Source: Octopus vulgaris (taxonomy: Eukaryota). Taken from it: DNA of 64,000 bases. A program made the position numbers and the translations under genes. Location: NCBI GenBank assembly GCA_951406725.2, contig OX597828.1, positions 67,084,001-67,148,000 on the forward strand, written 5' to 3'. Of this stretch, positions 26,466-37,760 are shown one piece after another; within the stretch, counting starts at the first letter, position 1; each line of letters starts with the position of its first letter. Under the pieces are notes generated by a model, which was given only the letters and a program-made list of their open reading frames with translations, ran no database searches and was not told where the DNA came from.

Positions 26466-26787
26466 CAGATATATACACTTTGTATATATACATTATATAT
26501 ACATATTTATATATAGATACACACACACACACACACATATATAAATTAATTTCATTTTGAGGCCTCTGCTAATGTCCTGTGTAAGTGGTCGTCATTGAGA
26601 AGTAGTCCGCGCCTCAAACATGCTTCCCTGTAAGTGGCGCAGATGATACCATCAACCGTGCGAAGATCAGCAAAAGTCTTCGGTCCAGTAACTACATGAA
26701 GCAGCATTCTCAAAAAGATTTCCTGTTTGGTAGGATGAATATTATACACACGCCCAATGACGTTGAGAAACACCGAGCCAATTGTCA
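26361..26787 (-). mobile_element. Truncated second copy of the Helitron at 28861-30225
   Basis: Near-identical to ~28881-29300, including the internal microsatellite and peptide IFLRMLLHVVTGPKTFADLRTVDGIICATYREACLRRGLL. Lacks the CTAG end. Confidence 0.9.
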
Positions 26788-26815
26788 AAAGTTGGAAGTA
26801 GCAATACACGAGGTG

Positions 26816-27083
26816 CAGGGCCAGTTTTAAGTCCATTAAACAGATTTGTTCAAATTGGGTTCCGCGCCAAGAGAGGGCCCAACACTCACGCTCGAGCGGA
26901 GGGTGCCATGATGAATGTTTAGTAAATCATTGTGGCTAATGTTGGAACCCCAATCCCTCAACGCTTCTTAGCTGGAACTGCCGTACTACACAAAACATAA
27001 AACATCGATCCTCAGTTTTGTAGAGTTGAGGGATCCACTGACATTTCTCTAATTGGGTCCTGCACTACCTAGAGCCGGCCCTG
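26816..27083. mobile_element. hAT-like MITE
   Basis: TIRs cagggccagtttta / tagagccggccctg; degenerate 8-bp flanks acgaggtg/ccgaagtc; second copy at 58270-58539. Confidence 0.75.
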
Positions 27084-27199
27084 CCGAAGTCATACTTTAC
27101 CAATTAATGAACTATTTTGTTCATTTTGTTCATAGGATCGGTCTTGTACTGCTAATTTATGAGATTGTATGAGGAACGTAATTCTAAAAAGGGTTAAAT

Positions 27200-27590
27200 T
27201 ACTTACTTGTATTTGTACTTGTGGCGACATTCACCCTGGGCAGGTTGAGTTGGCTTCTTCCTTGGAAGAAGTTTCGTGGGAATATGTGGATTCCACAAGC
27301 GGTCCCCAACAATCTCGCATGTGGAGAGATCCTGTTTGCCGCAGATTGTCCGCAGACGCAGGGACAGAACGACCGAGGAGCCGCCAGTTGCCGAAACAGA
27401 CACTCCGAGGATTTTCACCAGAGCCCCGTCTGCCGGGTTGTGACCCTAATACCACTCGGTGTCAGACCAATCCGCCTTGGGTGGCCCTACTAGGAACCGA
27501 AGTTCCCGACGGCATAGCTCTGACATTACCCGTTGCCAGCGTCCCCACCACGGTGAGGAGGGGAGGGACTTTGGCCAAAGAAGACTTGAA
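27200..27590 (-). mobile_element. Short RTE-derived non-autonomous retroelement (RTE 5' leader plus tail)
   Basis: Minus strand gagctatgccgt...agggccacccaaggcgga resembles the conserved BovB/Rex3 5' leader as I recall it; ends in a (caagta)-type tail. Confidence 0.6.
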
Positions 27591-28787
27591 GTAAATGAAA
27601 TTCCCACTTTTTTGTGTTATATAATCGCATTTTTAAGTGAAAGACTGACCAAGTATTAGGTCAGTACAAATTAAGAACTTATACCAAGTATTTGTCTAAA
27701 GCAAACTTATTTAAAAAAAAATCGGCATAAAAATATATTGTCAGTAGGAATTTTCAGATTTGGATGTTTTAGAATCAAATATCTCAACCGAGTGAAGTTT
27801 ACCAAACTGTTAGACCATATTTACGATATCATATATGATAAGAAATCAACTTTCTAAAACGTTTACCAAACTATTGTGTGGGTAGTAATACAACCCAGGG
27901 TAGAACTAGAGTTAGGAAATGGGAAAAAGAAAAAAAGAAAAGAAAACTGAAAAAGAGAAAATTGGGGGATGTGAAACGACGGGCCTTTTGTTTCAAGAAT
28001 GTTGAATGGCAAGCCAGCTTAAAAGATGTTATCATTGGACCCTTTCTTAATATATTGCTGTATTTTGTTTAACACGACGGGAGAGGGACTAAGTGTGCGA
28101 AGTGTAGATGCGTAGGGAGTTCTGTAGAAAACTACGATAACAAGGTCACATATAGGAATTGTGTAAAAACAAAATGGGTTAAGTATGCGAATAATGTGTA
28201 AAGTGATATTAGTCATTAGAAGTGATATCTGATAGCAGCTCCATTATTGCACGACATATCTGATAATATTTTGATAAGTTATTCAAAGAGAAGAGGGCGT
28301 TGAGTTGATTAAGTATGTGTGTGTGTTTGGGGAGATGTTGAGGTGAAGATATAACCTTGGGAAGAAAAAAAACAACATACAGAGCAATAAGCTAAAAAGT
28401 ATAAAAAAAAACTGCATAAAAGTTTAATTTACACTGTCAACACCTTCATTCTGATAATGAATTCTTTGTTTTGCGTTTTTTTTTTTTATATTTTACAATT
28501 ATTTTATTGTTTTGTCTGAGAAGGTAAGAGGGTGCGACTGTCACCAATACTAAGTGCAATACTACCATCACCAATATTACAACTACCACCATCACTATGA
28601 CCACCACCACCACCACTGCTACTACCGCTACGATTTTCGCCATCGTCACATCCTCGACAATCACTGCAATAATCATCATCACCATCACTAGCACAGTCAC
28701 CACGATCTGTGTGTGTGTATATGTGTGAGTTTGTGTGGTTGTACGTATGTTTACGTACACGTGTATGTATGAATTATACGTGCATGC

Positions 28788-28860
<73 letters not shown>

Positions 28861-28861
<1 letters not shown>

Positions 28862-29017
28862 TAGCTGAAGGTGACCCGCTCTACGTGCGGGTAAGAGTGT
28901 GGTATATATATAAGTGTATACAAATTATATATATATATATATATATATTTTATATATATATAAATACAGATATATACACTTTGTATATATACATTATATA
29001 TACATATTTATATATAG

Positions 29018-29050
<33 letters not shown>

Positions 29051-30225
29051 AATTAATTTCACTTTGAGGCCTCTGCTAATGTCCTGTGTAAGTGGTCGTC
29101 ATTGAGAAGTAGTCCGCGCCTCAAACATGCTTCCCTGTAAGTGACGCAGATGATACCATCAACCGTGCGAAGATCAGCAAAAGACTTCGGACCAGTAACT
29201 ACACGAAGCAGCATTCTCAAAAAGATTTCCTGTTTGATAGGATGAATGTTATACACACGCCCAATGACGTTCTTCCTAGAAACACCGGGCCAATTGTCAA
29301 GTTCTGTTCCAAGTGACCTGCGCTTCCAATTATTGTTGTTGTATGTGTAATATTCCGGTACTTCAGGGTAAATGAGAGTAGCAGCAAACTCATCAACTGA
29401 ACACAATTTAAAAAACGCTGTAAGCGTAGTCCCTTTTGGATTTTCAATGACTTGACGTGCATTTTTCTCTGTGAAGTAAACCAGCTGTCTCTTCTGTAAA
29501 TGAACATTCAGGTGGAAAACTGATGGTGAGCTTAGATGAATCTCGTATCGAAAAATGCGCCACGCTGCATAATTGGAGGATACATACCTACCCAAAACGA
29601 ATTGTTTAATTTCGTCATGTCTAAGGTCTTCATCACTGTACACAAACACGGCCATATCATCGCCATTATTAATGTACTTGCAGAGGTATTGTATGCATGT
29701 CACCGAACTGCAGTACTCAACATTAATGTGTGCATTAAATGTTTTGGAAAGCAAAGGGTTGAATGGAACAATCCAGGCATTATCAACATCGAATTATATT
29801 AACCGTTGTCTAACTCTAGCTGTGCGACCACCCATGTGTGGTGGTGGTGGCGATGATAATTGTCTGTATGAATGCAGACAGACGTGTAGAGAGAGAGAGT
29901 GTGAAAGCGCTGTAGAACGCCGTTTGACGAATCGGCGTTATATATGGAAAGTGATGGGAAGGGAGGAAATAGAGTGAGTGAGTGAGGAAGACAGATACAT
30001 AAAAGACTGAGAGTGGACTTGTCAAAGTGGGTTTTGGCCGTAGCAACGACACCTTTTAAGATAGGGATTTCTAACGTAGCCCACGGGCATCGTCACCTCA
30101 TTTTGCATGTCCCTGTACATTTTGGAGTCAATCCGACGGGATGTAGTGGCGTTGAAAGCGGGCCAAGCGGTCGAGTCAAACAAACAAACAAACTTTTCGC
30201 ATTTCAGTTTTATAAATAGAGAAGA
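28861..30225 (-). mobile_element. Complete internally deleted Helitron with Rep coding remnant
   Basis: Minus strand A|TC 5' end (30225), 3' hairpin ACCCGC-n7-GCGGGT (28874-28892) and CTAG|T end (28861); inserted in (TA)n. Confidence 0.92.
29059..29800 (-). pseudogene. Helitron Rep/helicase fragment (HUH Y2 motif region)
   Basis: DNAWIVPFNPLLSKTFNAHINVEYCSSVTCIQYLCKYINNGDD...DEIKQFVLGRYVSSNYAAWRIF. YxxKY motif present; helicase domain absent. Confidence 0.9.
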
Positions 30226-30231
30226 TATATA

Positions 30232-30427
30232 TAGGGAGAGTTTACGAAAAAGACAAAGGACAAAAACAGGTGGTATACAAAACAAACAGATGTATTAGTA
30301 TAACGCTCAGGAATAGAAAAAAGGATTTTATGTTTCGAGCCTACGTTCTTCTACAGAAAGGGACACAGAAAAAACAAGGAGAGAAAAAAATGTGCGTAGT
30401 GGCTAACGATCTATCATGGCGACTGAT
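30232..30427 (-). mobile_element. Short hammerhead-variant element (same family as 33011-33190)
   Basis: Minus 30326-30359: TTT-CTGTAGA-A-GAAC gtag GCTC-GAAA-CA-TA-AAA. Confidence 0.6.
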
Positions 30428-30523
30428 AGATATGTCTATTTATATATATGTATATCATGGCGACTGATATATGTGTATGTGTATATAGACATACACATAT
30501 ACATACGTGCACTTATATATACG

Positions 30524-30560
<37 letters not shown>

Positions 30561-31027
30561 ACCGTTCGGTATTTGTCTATTTGTCGAGACTAAACTTCAA
30601 GCATTCTAACAAGTAGCTAACTTCAGTTTGTCCTTCGCGCATGCGCACTCCTTAGATGCTTGACGCTTCAATGTTGTTCATGGTAAACCTGCGGCATGAC
30701 AGGTTGTATTTTTTTTTTTGCTACAGGGACCATCCTGAAAATGGGGAACCCAACTTGAACGTTATCGACACCTCATGAAGGACTCTCCCGTGGAAACGCG
30801 ACGTTTGAGTGTTCAGCTCTTGCCGAACAACCTGAACAAATGATTTATTCCTAATGGTCAAATGTATATGCTGTACAATCAGCTCATTCCCTCCATCAAA
30901 TCGGCGTTTCCTGAATAGGTGCACGGTGTACAACGGGTCAGGAGCCGAAGAAGTTGCAGAGCAACGTAAGATGAAGTGTATTGCGCCAGAACACAATGAC
31001 TTGGAACTAAATCCACGATCTAACGGT

Positions 31028-31190
31028 TAAGGCGGCGAGCTGGCAGAAACGTTAGCTCGCCGGGTGAAATGCTTGGCAGTATTTTGTCTGCCGTTACGTT
31101 CTGAGTTCAAATTCCGCCGAGGTCAACTTTGCCTTTCATAAATCCGTTTGTCTGTCCTTGTTTGTCCCATGTGGGTAGTAAAGAAATAGG
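31028..31190 (+). mobile_element. SINE B copy with internal deletion
   Basis: Head and B box intact; the body jumps to the tail ...gtgggtagtaaagaaatag. Confidence 0.8.
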
Positions 31191-31873
31191 AACGACAAGG
31201 ATCATCTTGTCATCCTTAATGATGACTGATGACTTGCGAGATGACTTAGTTTAAAGTGAAGAAAAGTTGCGCACCGTTAACCTCGCTCTCTCCTCTGTGA
31301 CTGTCTTCAGTCCAGAGTCAAGACCAGGTCAAGTTGACTGGAGATGGAGACAGATGCAATGGATGATCAAGATGTCTTACCTGCTTCATCCTGCTCTCCG
31401 TACTCCACGATGCGTTGAACCATTAAGTTTTCTTCCACAGATTCCGCCTGTTCCGGCATTGCATGCATAGGCAGCCAAGCCCTAATATGATAATTAACCT
31501 GTAACAGGGATCCTAACATGTGCTACTGCTTCGAATTAGAGCAGACCTAGGAACATCAGTGGCTAAGGGGTGGGTCCACACTCCACAAAACCAGGACCCC
31601 ACTTATCAAGTGCAGTTTAAAGGCATACTTAGACGTTAGTCACTTCAATACACAAAGCTGCTCTTGGCCTTCACATTATTCACGTATCTGTGGTCACTTC
31701 AATAGACACAGTTTCTTTCGGTCCCCGCCCTCTTTCTATACCTTTTGTCACATCAATAGACACATTTTCTGTTGGTCCTCAACCTGCATATCTCATCTAT
31801 TTTCATTCCTCCACTTCACTCTCTATTTTGTATCTTATCTAAATTAACTATTGTTTAACTATTTTCTCACATC

Positions 31874-31921
31874 GTCTCCCATGAAGGGATAGAATAAATA
31901 TCCTGGAAACAGCTGTAAGAC
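31874..31921 (+). ncRNA. Degenerate type-I hammerhead motif at the end of a PLE-like non-coding segment
   Basis: GTCT-CCCATGA-A-GGGATA gaataaa TATCCT-G-GAAA-CAGCTG-TA-AGAC. Stems intact, core mutated from CTGATGA. Confidence 0.55.
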
Positions 31922-32026
31922 CTTCTATTTATAAATGTTCTGAAATCTTCACAGCCTTGGTTTTATCTCATTCTGAAAAAAAATTATATATATATATATA
32001 TATATGTATGTATAAAATTTTTTTCA

Positions 32027-32062
<36 letters not shown>

Positions 32063-32234
32063 CGTAAGGGGGATCAGCCATCTGAATGTGGCTAGGGACA
32101 GGGCGGGGTGGTGGGGGTGTTACTGATGCATTTAGCCCCAGGCGATCATCGACGTCACCAGAAGGACCGACACCATCACGGTGTCCTTGCTAGCCTGCAA
32201 AGGGAGATCAGCCTCCCCGAAGATACGGATACTA

Positions 32235-32277
32235 CATACGGACCGGTTTCGAGGTAATTGCCTCTTATCAACGCATG
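32235..32277 (-). ncRNA. Type-I hammerhead ribozyme, U3-A8 core variant (copy 1)
   Basis: Reverse complement of 32509-32551. Confidence 0.8.
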
Positions 32278-32508
32278 GTAAGCACCGTTCTTCGATGAGG
32301 GACTCTCTCCACAGGCTGCATATATAAGGATTTTCACAGTAACCACAGTCACTGATGTAGAAAAACCGTTCGAAAACAATAATAAATCTCTGAGCGAGAT
32401 ATAAACAGTAACTGCTCTATAACGTAAGGGGGATCAGCCATCTGAATGTAGCTAGGGACAGGGTGGGGTGGTGGGGGTGTTACTGATGCATTTAGCCTCA
32501 GTGCTTAC

Positions 32509-32551
32509 CATGCGTTGATAAGAGGCAATTACCTCGAAACCGGTCCGTATG
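32509..32551 (+). ncRNA. Type-I hammerhead ribozyme, U3-A8 core variant (copy 2)
   Basis: CATGCG-TTGATAA-GAGG caatta CCTC-GAAA-CCGG-TC-CGTATG; GUC cleavage triplet. Confidence 0.8.
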
Positions 32552-32770
32552 TAGTATCCGTATCTTCGGGGAGGCTGATCTCCCTTTGCAGGCTAGCAAG
32601 GACACCGTGATGGTGTCGGTCCTTCTGGTGACGTCGATGATCGCCTGGGGCTAAATGCATCAGTAACACCCCCACCACCCCGCCCTGTCCCTAGCCACAT
32701 TCAGATGGCTGATCCCCCTTACGTTATAGAGCAGTTACTGTTTATATCTCGCTCAGAGATTTATTATTGT

Positions 32771-32801
<31 letters not shown>

Positions 32802-32964
32802 CGTTTTTGGATTTGGTTTGCAAGATTCTTTGTATGAGATCGTGTGCTGAAGCATATTCTGTTGTGTCCGGGGAGAAAATAAAACTAAGAAATAAGTGGA
32901 AATTTTACCGGTGAGTGTGTTACATTATAAGGCACCCCAAAAATGGCTCTCCTCAGACACAGCA

Positions 32965-33010
<46 letters not shown>

Positions 33011-33013
<3 letters not shown>

Positions 33014-33190
33014 AGAGTTTACGAAAAAAAAACACAAAAGACGAAGACAGGTGGTGTACAAAACAAACAGGTATAGTATAACGCTCAGAATAGAAAAAGT
33101 ATTTTACGTTTCGAGCCTACGCTCTTCTGCAGAATGCGACACAGAAAAAACAAGGAGAGAAAAATATGTGTGGAGTGGCTAACGATCTTT
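33011..33190 (-). mobile_element. Short hammerhead-variant element
   Basis: Minus 33102-33135: TT-CTGCAGA-A-GAGC gtag GCTC-GAAA-CG-TA-AA; embedded in (TA)n. Confidence 0.6.
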
Positions 33191-33204
33191 CATATATATG
33201 TATG

Positions 33205-33239
<35 letters not shown>

Positions 33240-33711
33240 GTATGTTTTATCTATATATACTTGTACACATACAAATATATATATATCCGCAAATTCATAT
33301 TGTTTTGTAGTTTCAACTATTTATCCCACCATGTATATTATGGTAAACCCTCGCCACCCCACCCCACCCCACCCCCACTATCACCATTCTGTCCCTTTCC
33401 TTTACTGAATGCACATTGAACCCTCTGATCAATACGCAGCCACACAATGGCACACTCCATCCTCAACGGCACACCATCCCCTATGAAATACTCAATAAAA
33501 TTTTTGTTCACTCCCCTCCCACCCCCACTAGCACACACATACACACACACAATCACACACACACATACACAGACATACACACACAAAAACACAGACGGCC
33601 TGTGTTTCAAAATGGAGTTAATAAGTGTTTCACAGCTTTAGTTTGCTGAAGCGGTATTGTTTCTTCCCCGCTTTGCGGTTTGTGTGGGTGGGTGGTTATG
33701 TGCGTCTATGT

Positions 33712-33743
<32 letters not shown>

Positions 33744-33849
33744 ATTTGTATGTGTTCTTACCATTTTGTATGACTTTCGTTTTTTTTTGTTTTTGTTATT
33801 GTTATTAATAAGTTTGTTGCCGTTGTTGCTTCTGGCGGTGTTATTGTTG

Positions 33850-34320
33850 TCGCTGTCGTCCTCTTCCCCTTCCCACTCCTCCTCTTCTTCCTCTTCCTCC
33901 TCATCTTCCTCCTATTCCTTCCCCACGTCTTCCTTGTCTTCCTCGTCTTCCACCTCTTCCTCCACTCTTTCTCCTCATCAACTTAATTCACTTCCTCTTC
34001 TTCTTCTTCTTCTTCTTCTTCTTCTTCTTCTTCCTTCTTCTCCTTCCTCCTTCTTCACCCTCCCTTCCTTCCACATCCTCTTCTTCCTCTCTCCCTCATC
34101 TTCTTCCTCTTCGTTCTCCTCCAGCTCTCCTTCCTCCTCCCCTTCTTCTCCCTCTCATCCTCGTCTTCTTCCTCTTCATTTTCCTCATCCTCGTCTTCTT
34201 TCTTGCCCTCCTCTACTTCTTCTTTCTTCCTTGGCCGTCTCCTCCCTCTCCTCTTCCTCGTCTTCTTCGCCCTCTTCTTTCTTCTCATCCTCCCCTTCTC
34301 CCCTCCTCCCCTTCCTCTTT
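33850..34320. repeat. CT-rich low-complexity / (CTT)n tract
   Basis: Direct reading. Confidence 0.9.
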
Positions 34321-34621
34321 GCTGTTGTTGCTATCTCAATCATTGATATTGTTGCTATCGCTGGCTTTACTGTTTGTTGTAAAAAGTTGCAATAGTTGTT
34401 GCTGTAACCATTCTCTTAATATGTGTTTTTCATTAAGTCGTGTGCATTAATACGGCGCATGGAGCAATATCGTCTGGTTGTCAGTGAAGAATTAATCTGC
34501 GATGCTTTAAGATCTTGTTAGAATCGAAGGATAAGATAAACAAAAAAAAAAAACGGAAAACTAGAAAGTGGAATGCTTGAAGCAATGTTGTTGGAGCTGA
34601 GGGAGACGATATTTTATTTTA

Positions 34622-35035
34622 CGGCGAGCTGGCAGAAACGTTAGCGCGCCGGGCGAAATGCTTAGCGGTATTTCGTCTGCCGTTACGTCCTGAGTTCAAA
34701 TTCCGCCGAGATCGACTTTGCCTTTCATCCTTTCGGGGGTCGATAAATTAACTACCAGTTACGCACTGGGGTCGATAAAATCGACTTAATCCGTTTGTCT
34801 GTCCTTGTTTGTCCCCTCTATGTTTAGCCCCTTGTGGGTAGTATAGAAATAGGTATTTCGTTTGTCGTTACGTTCTGAGATCAAATACCACCGTGGTCGA
34901 CTTTGCCTTTCATCCTTTCGGTGTCGATAAATTAAGTACCAGTTATGCACTGGGGTCGATGTAATCGACTTAATCCGTTTGTCTGTCCTTGGTCGTCCCC
35001 TCTATGTTTAGCCCCTTGAGGGTAGTAAAGAAATA
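34622..35035 (+). mobile_element. SINE B dimer
   Basis: Full unit, then junction gaaatag|gtatttcg and a second unit lacking the A box. tattttatttta occurs on both flanks (possible TSD). Confidence 0.88.
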
Positions 35036-35393
35036 GATATTTTATTTTATTTACAATAGTGATTGTAACATTGGAGTCGGTGGTGTTTAGGGTGATGGAA
35101 CGATTGGTTGTGGTGGAAGGAGAAGTGATGATAAGAACAGTGGTGGAACTGATGGTTTCGGTAATAGCAACTATAATGCAGATTCTGGCCGGGCAGATAT
35201 AAATTATGGCATTTTGATCAAGACTATATTATTGATTATCCTTCTATATTTAAGAAAAGAGGGGTTGTGATTTGAGGAAGATCATCCGGCTATTTTCGAC
35301 GTATTGAGCAACTATATAGAGCCGTTCTGGTTGAGCAGTGTGTGTTCCAGATCATGGTAGAACGGTGACAATTGTGGCGGTGGCGACACACAC

Positions 35394-35468
<75 letters not shown>

Positions 35469-35524
35469 ACACACACATACACTCATTGAAAGTTCTTCAT
35501 CGTCTTCTGCAATTCATTTTGACT

Positions 35525-35790
35525 ACTGCATCAGATGTTAAGCAAACTCCCTGATTGTGACTCTTATACTCGCGGGAATCAATCGGTCCAGTCGTTGGCA
35601 ATTTGTGTCAGTCGCCACAGCTGCTGATCTTCTGCAGTCTGGTTTGTCTTCAATAGTTATGCCTATTTCTTTCAACTTCTTTCCGATCCATCTGTGTACA
35701 TTGCTTGTTTTAATGGCGTATTCTCCGTAGACAATTTCTAGCCTTCTATGAACGCCTACACCTCTCCTTCAAGAACTTAATGCTTGGCGC
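35525..35790 (-). pseudogene. Mariner transposase N-terminal (HTH) fragment
   Basis: VHRRLEIVYGEYAIKTSNVHRWIGKKLKEIGITIEDKPDCRRSAAVATDTNCQRLDRLIPASIRVTIREFA*. Confidence 0.7.
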
Positions 35791-36280
35791 CCGTTACGTG
35801 GCTGCAATGAAGACGAACAGCAAGAAGAGCTACTATAGAAGAAGAGTTATTCTACCAACATGAGCAGTTTAAACGATCTATCTTAATTAATAGAGTTATG
35901 ACCACTTTCGAATTATTTTTGGTAAAGAACCTTGTAATCTCTGACAACTTGAAATCTGTATTTCTCAACGTTGAAATTGGACTCAGTGTGTATACGTGTA
36001 TGATGGTTACATCCTTAAATAGGAATGTTTCTTTTCCAAACTGAAACGCCTAAAGAATCAGTTTTGTAACACAATGGAGCAACAACTTTTAAACTGACTT
36101 TCACTCATGTGAACGGAAAATGGTACCCTAAACACCATTGACTTTAGACCAATTATGAAGTAATTTTTCTGTTATGAAATTTCGCAAACTTGATTAAGGA
36201 TAATTCAAGATAATTCCATATTGTACCATCTCCATCTGTTTGGTACGCCAACCAAATGACTATCATTTATATGCTGAAAT

Positions 36281-36510
36281 GGCGGCGAGCTGGCAGAAAC
36301 GTTAGCACACCAGGCGAAATGCGTAGCCGTATTTCGTCTGTTGTTACGTTGTGAGTTCAAATTCCGCCGAGGTCGACTTTGCCTTTCATCCTTTCGGGGT
36401 CGATAAATAAAGTACCAGTTATACACTGGGGTCGATGTAAACGACTTAATCCCTTTGTCTGTCCTTGTTTGTCCCCTCTGTGTTTAGCCCCCTGTGGGCA
36501 ATACAGAAAT
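36281..36510 (+). mobile_element. SINE B full-length copy
   Basis: Complete head, body and tail; tatatgctgaaat repeated on both sides (TSD-like). Confidence 0.9.
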
Positions 36511-36769
36511 ACATATATATGCTGAAATTTGTGTTCGTCAAGCCTCAGTGTTTAAAGAATTTGTGTTAATTAATCTTCAATGCAGAGTAAGATTGTTTTA
36601 ATGTTTCAACAATGATTGTTTTAGAAGTAGTAACATGTTTATGATTATGTTTTTTTAATGATTACTTTTTTATTGCTGTGATCGGTGGATGGGTAGAATC
36701 TAGGAAAATCAAAAGAGGCCGGTAATCTTGTAGTGCAGCTTCTTGCGCAGTGAGTGTGCATTACAGAGG

Positions 36770-37010
36770 TTGTTGTTGTTGTCGGCTTTATCTCGCATCC
36801 GAGAAATGAGGTTTTTCTTTGCTGAATGTTTGCTTTATAGTGATGGTGCTGATGACCCTGCAGACTGATTCTCGCAGAGAAGAATCGGTGATATTTGCGG
36901 CATAGGAATGCTGGTGGAGGACGAAGTTGATTTTGTCGAGTCTTTCTTTCCTGTCATTGGATATCTTCCTTTTCTGTTCTTATGGTTTCCAAGATTTTGT
37001 CCTTCAGAAT
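36770..37010 (-). mobile_element. RTE LINE extreme 3' remnant
   Basis: Minus peptide AFLCRKYHRFFSARISLQGHQ (degenerate RTE C-terminal finger), then ctcggatgcgag hairpin and (CAA)n tail. Confidence 0.55.
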
Positions 37011-37264
37011 CGGTTCTCCTTCCGTCTCTCCCCTATCATCTCTCTGTCTGTCAGTCTCTGTCTCTCTCTTTCTCTGTGTCTGTCTGTCTGTCTCTCTTGT
37101 TCATCTCTGGATTGTACCGAAATTTTAAAGGCCTAGATTTGTCACTCTGTGTGTTTATGTTGATTCAAAAGTCCACATGCCAATGGCTTACAGGTTGATT
37201 TCTATCCAGCAGCAATTCTTTTACTCAAACGAATGAATGTTCCTCGTCGACACTGACAGAGGAT

Positions 37265-37629
37265 CCACCACCACCATCACCACCACCACCACCATCACCA
37301 CCACCACCACCATCACCACCACCACCACCATCACCACCACCACCACCATCACCACCATCACCACCAATTTAAGTAGCAGTGATAACTAGCTTGAAAGAAG
37401 TTTAAGACAATCATGGTAATGCAGGCGGCTGCGGTGGTGGTGGTGGTGGCAGTAGTGAGGGGGGAGCGGTTGCTGCAAAGGACAATCAACGATAGTGTCG
37501 GTAGTGTAATTTAAGCAGAAGGGGGTGGCTTGTTGAGTGAGGGTTGGGTCTGAAGAGTTGATTCCCGAGTGGTGCCGGAGTTGGTGTGCTGGTGACAGTG
37601 TTAATCCTGGTTGCACCACCACCACCACC

Positions 37630-37661
<32 letters not shown>

Positions 37662-37760
37662 CAACACAGTTACCACCAACGTAGCCGCCGTCGCCGCCGC
37701 CGCTGCCACCACCACCCCTACGCCCACCGCCACCACCGCCACCGCCGCCATCAACACTGT
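37265..37760. repeat. (CAC)/(CAA)/(GCC) trinucleotide low-complexity region
   Basis: Direct reading. Confidence 0.85.

Larger units (their letters stand above)
32061..32771. mobile_element. Retrozyme/PLE-pLTR-like element: 360-bp unit, partial tandem copy, inverted permuted copy
   Basis: aacgtaagggggatcagcc starts at both 32061 and 32421. 32501-32771 is the reverse complement of 32375-32420 joined to 32061-32285. Flanked by (TA)n. Confidence 0.85.
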
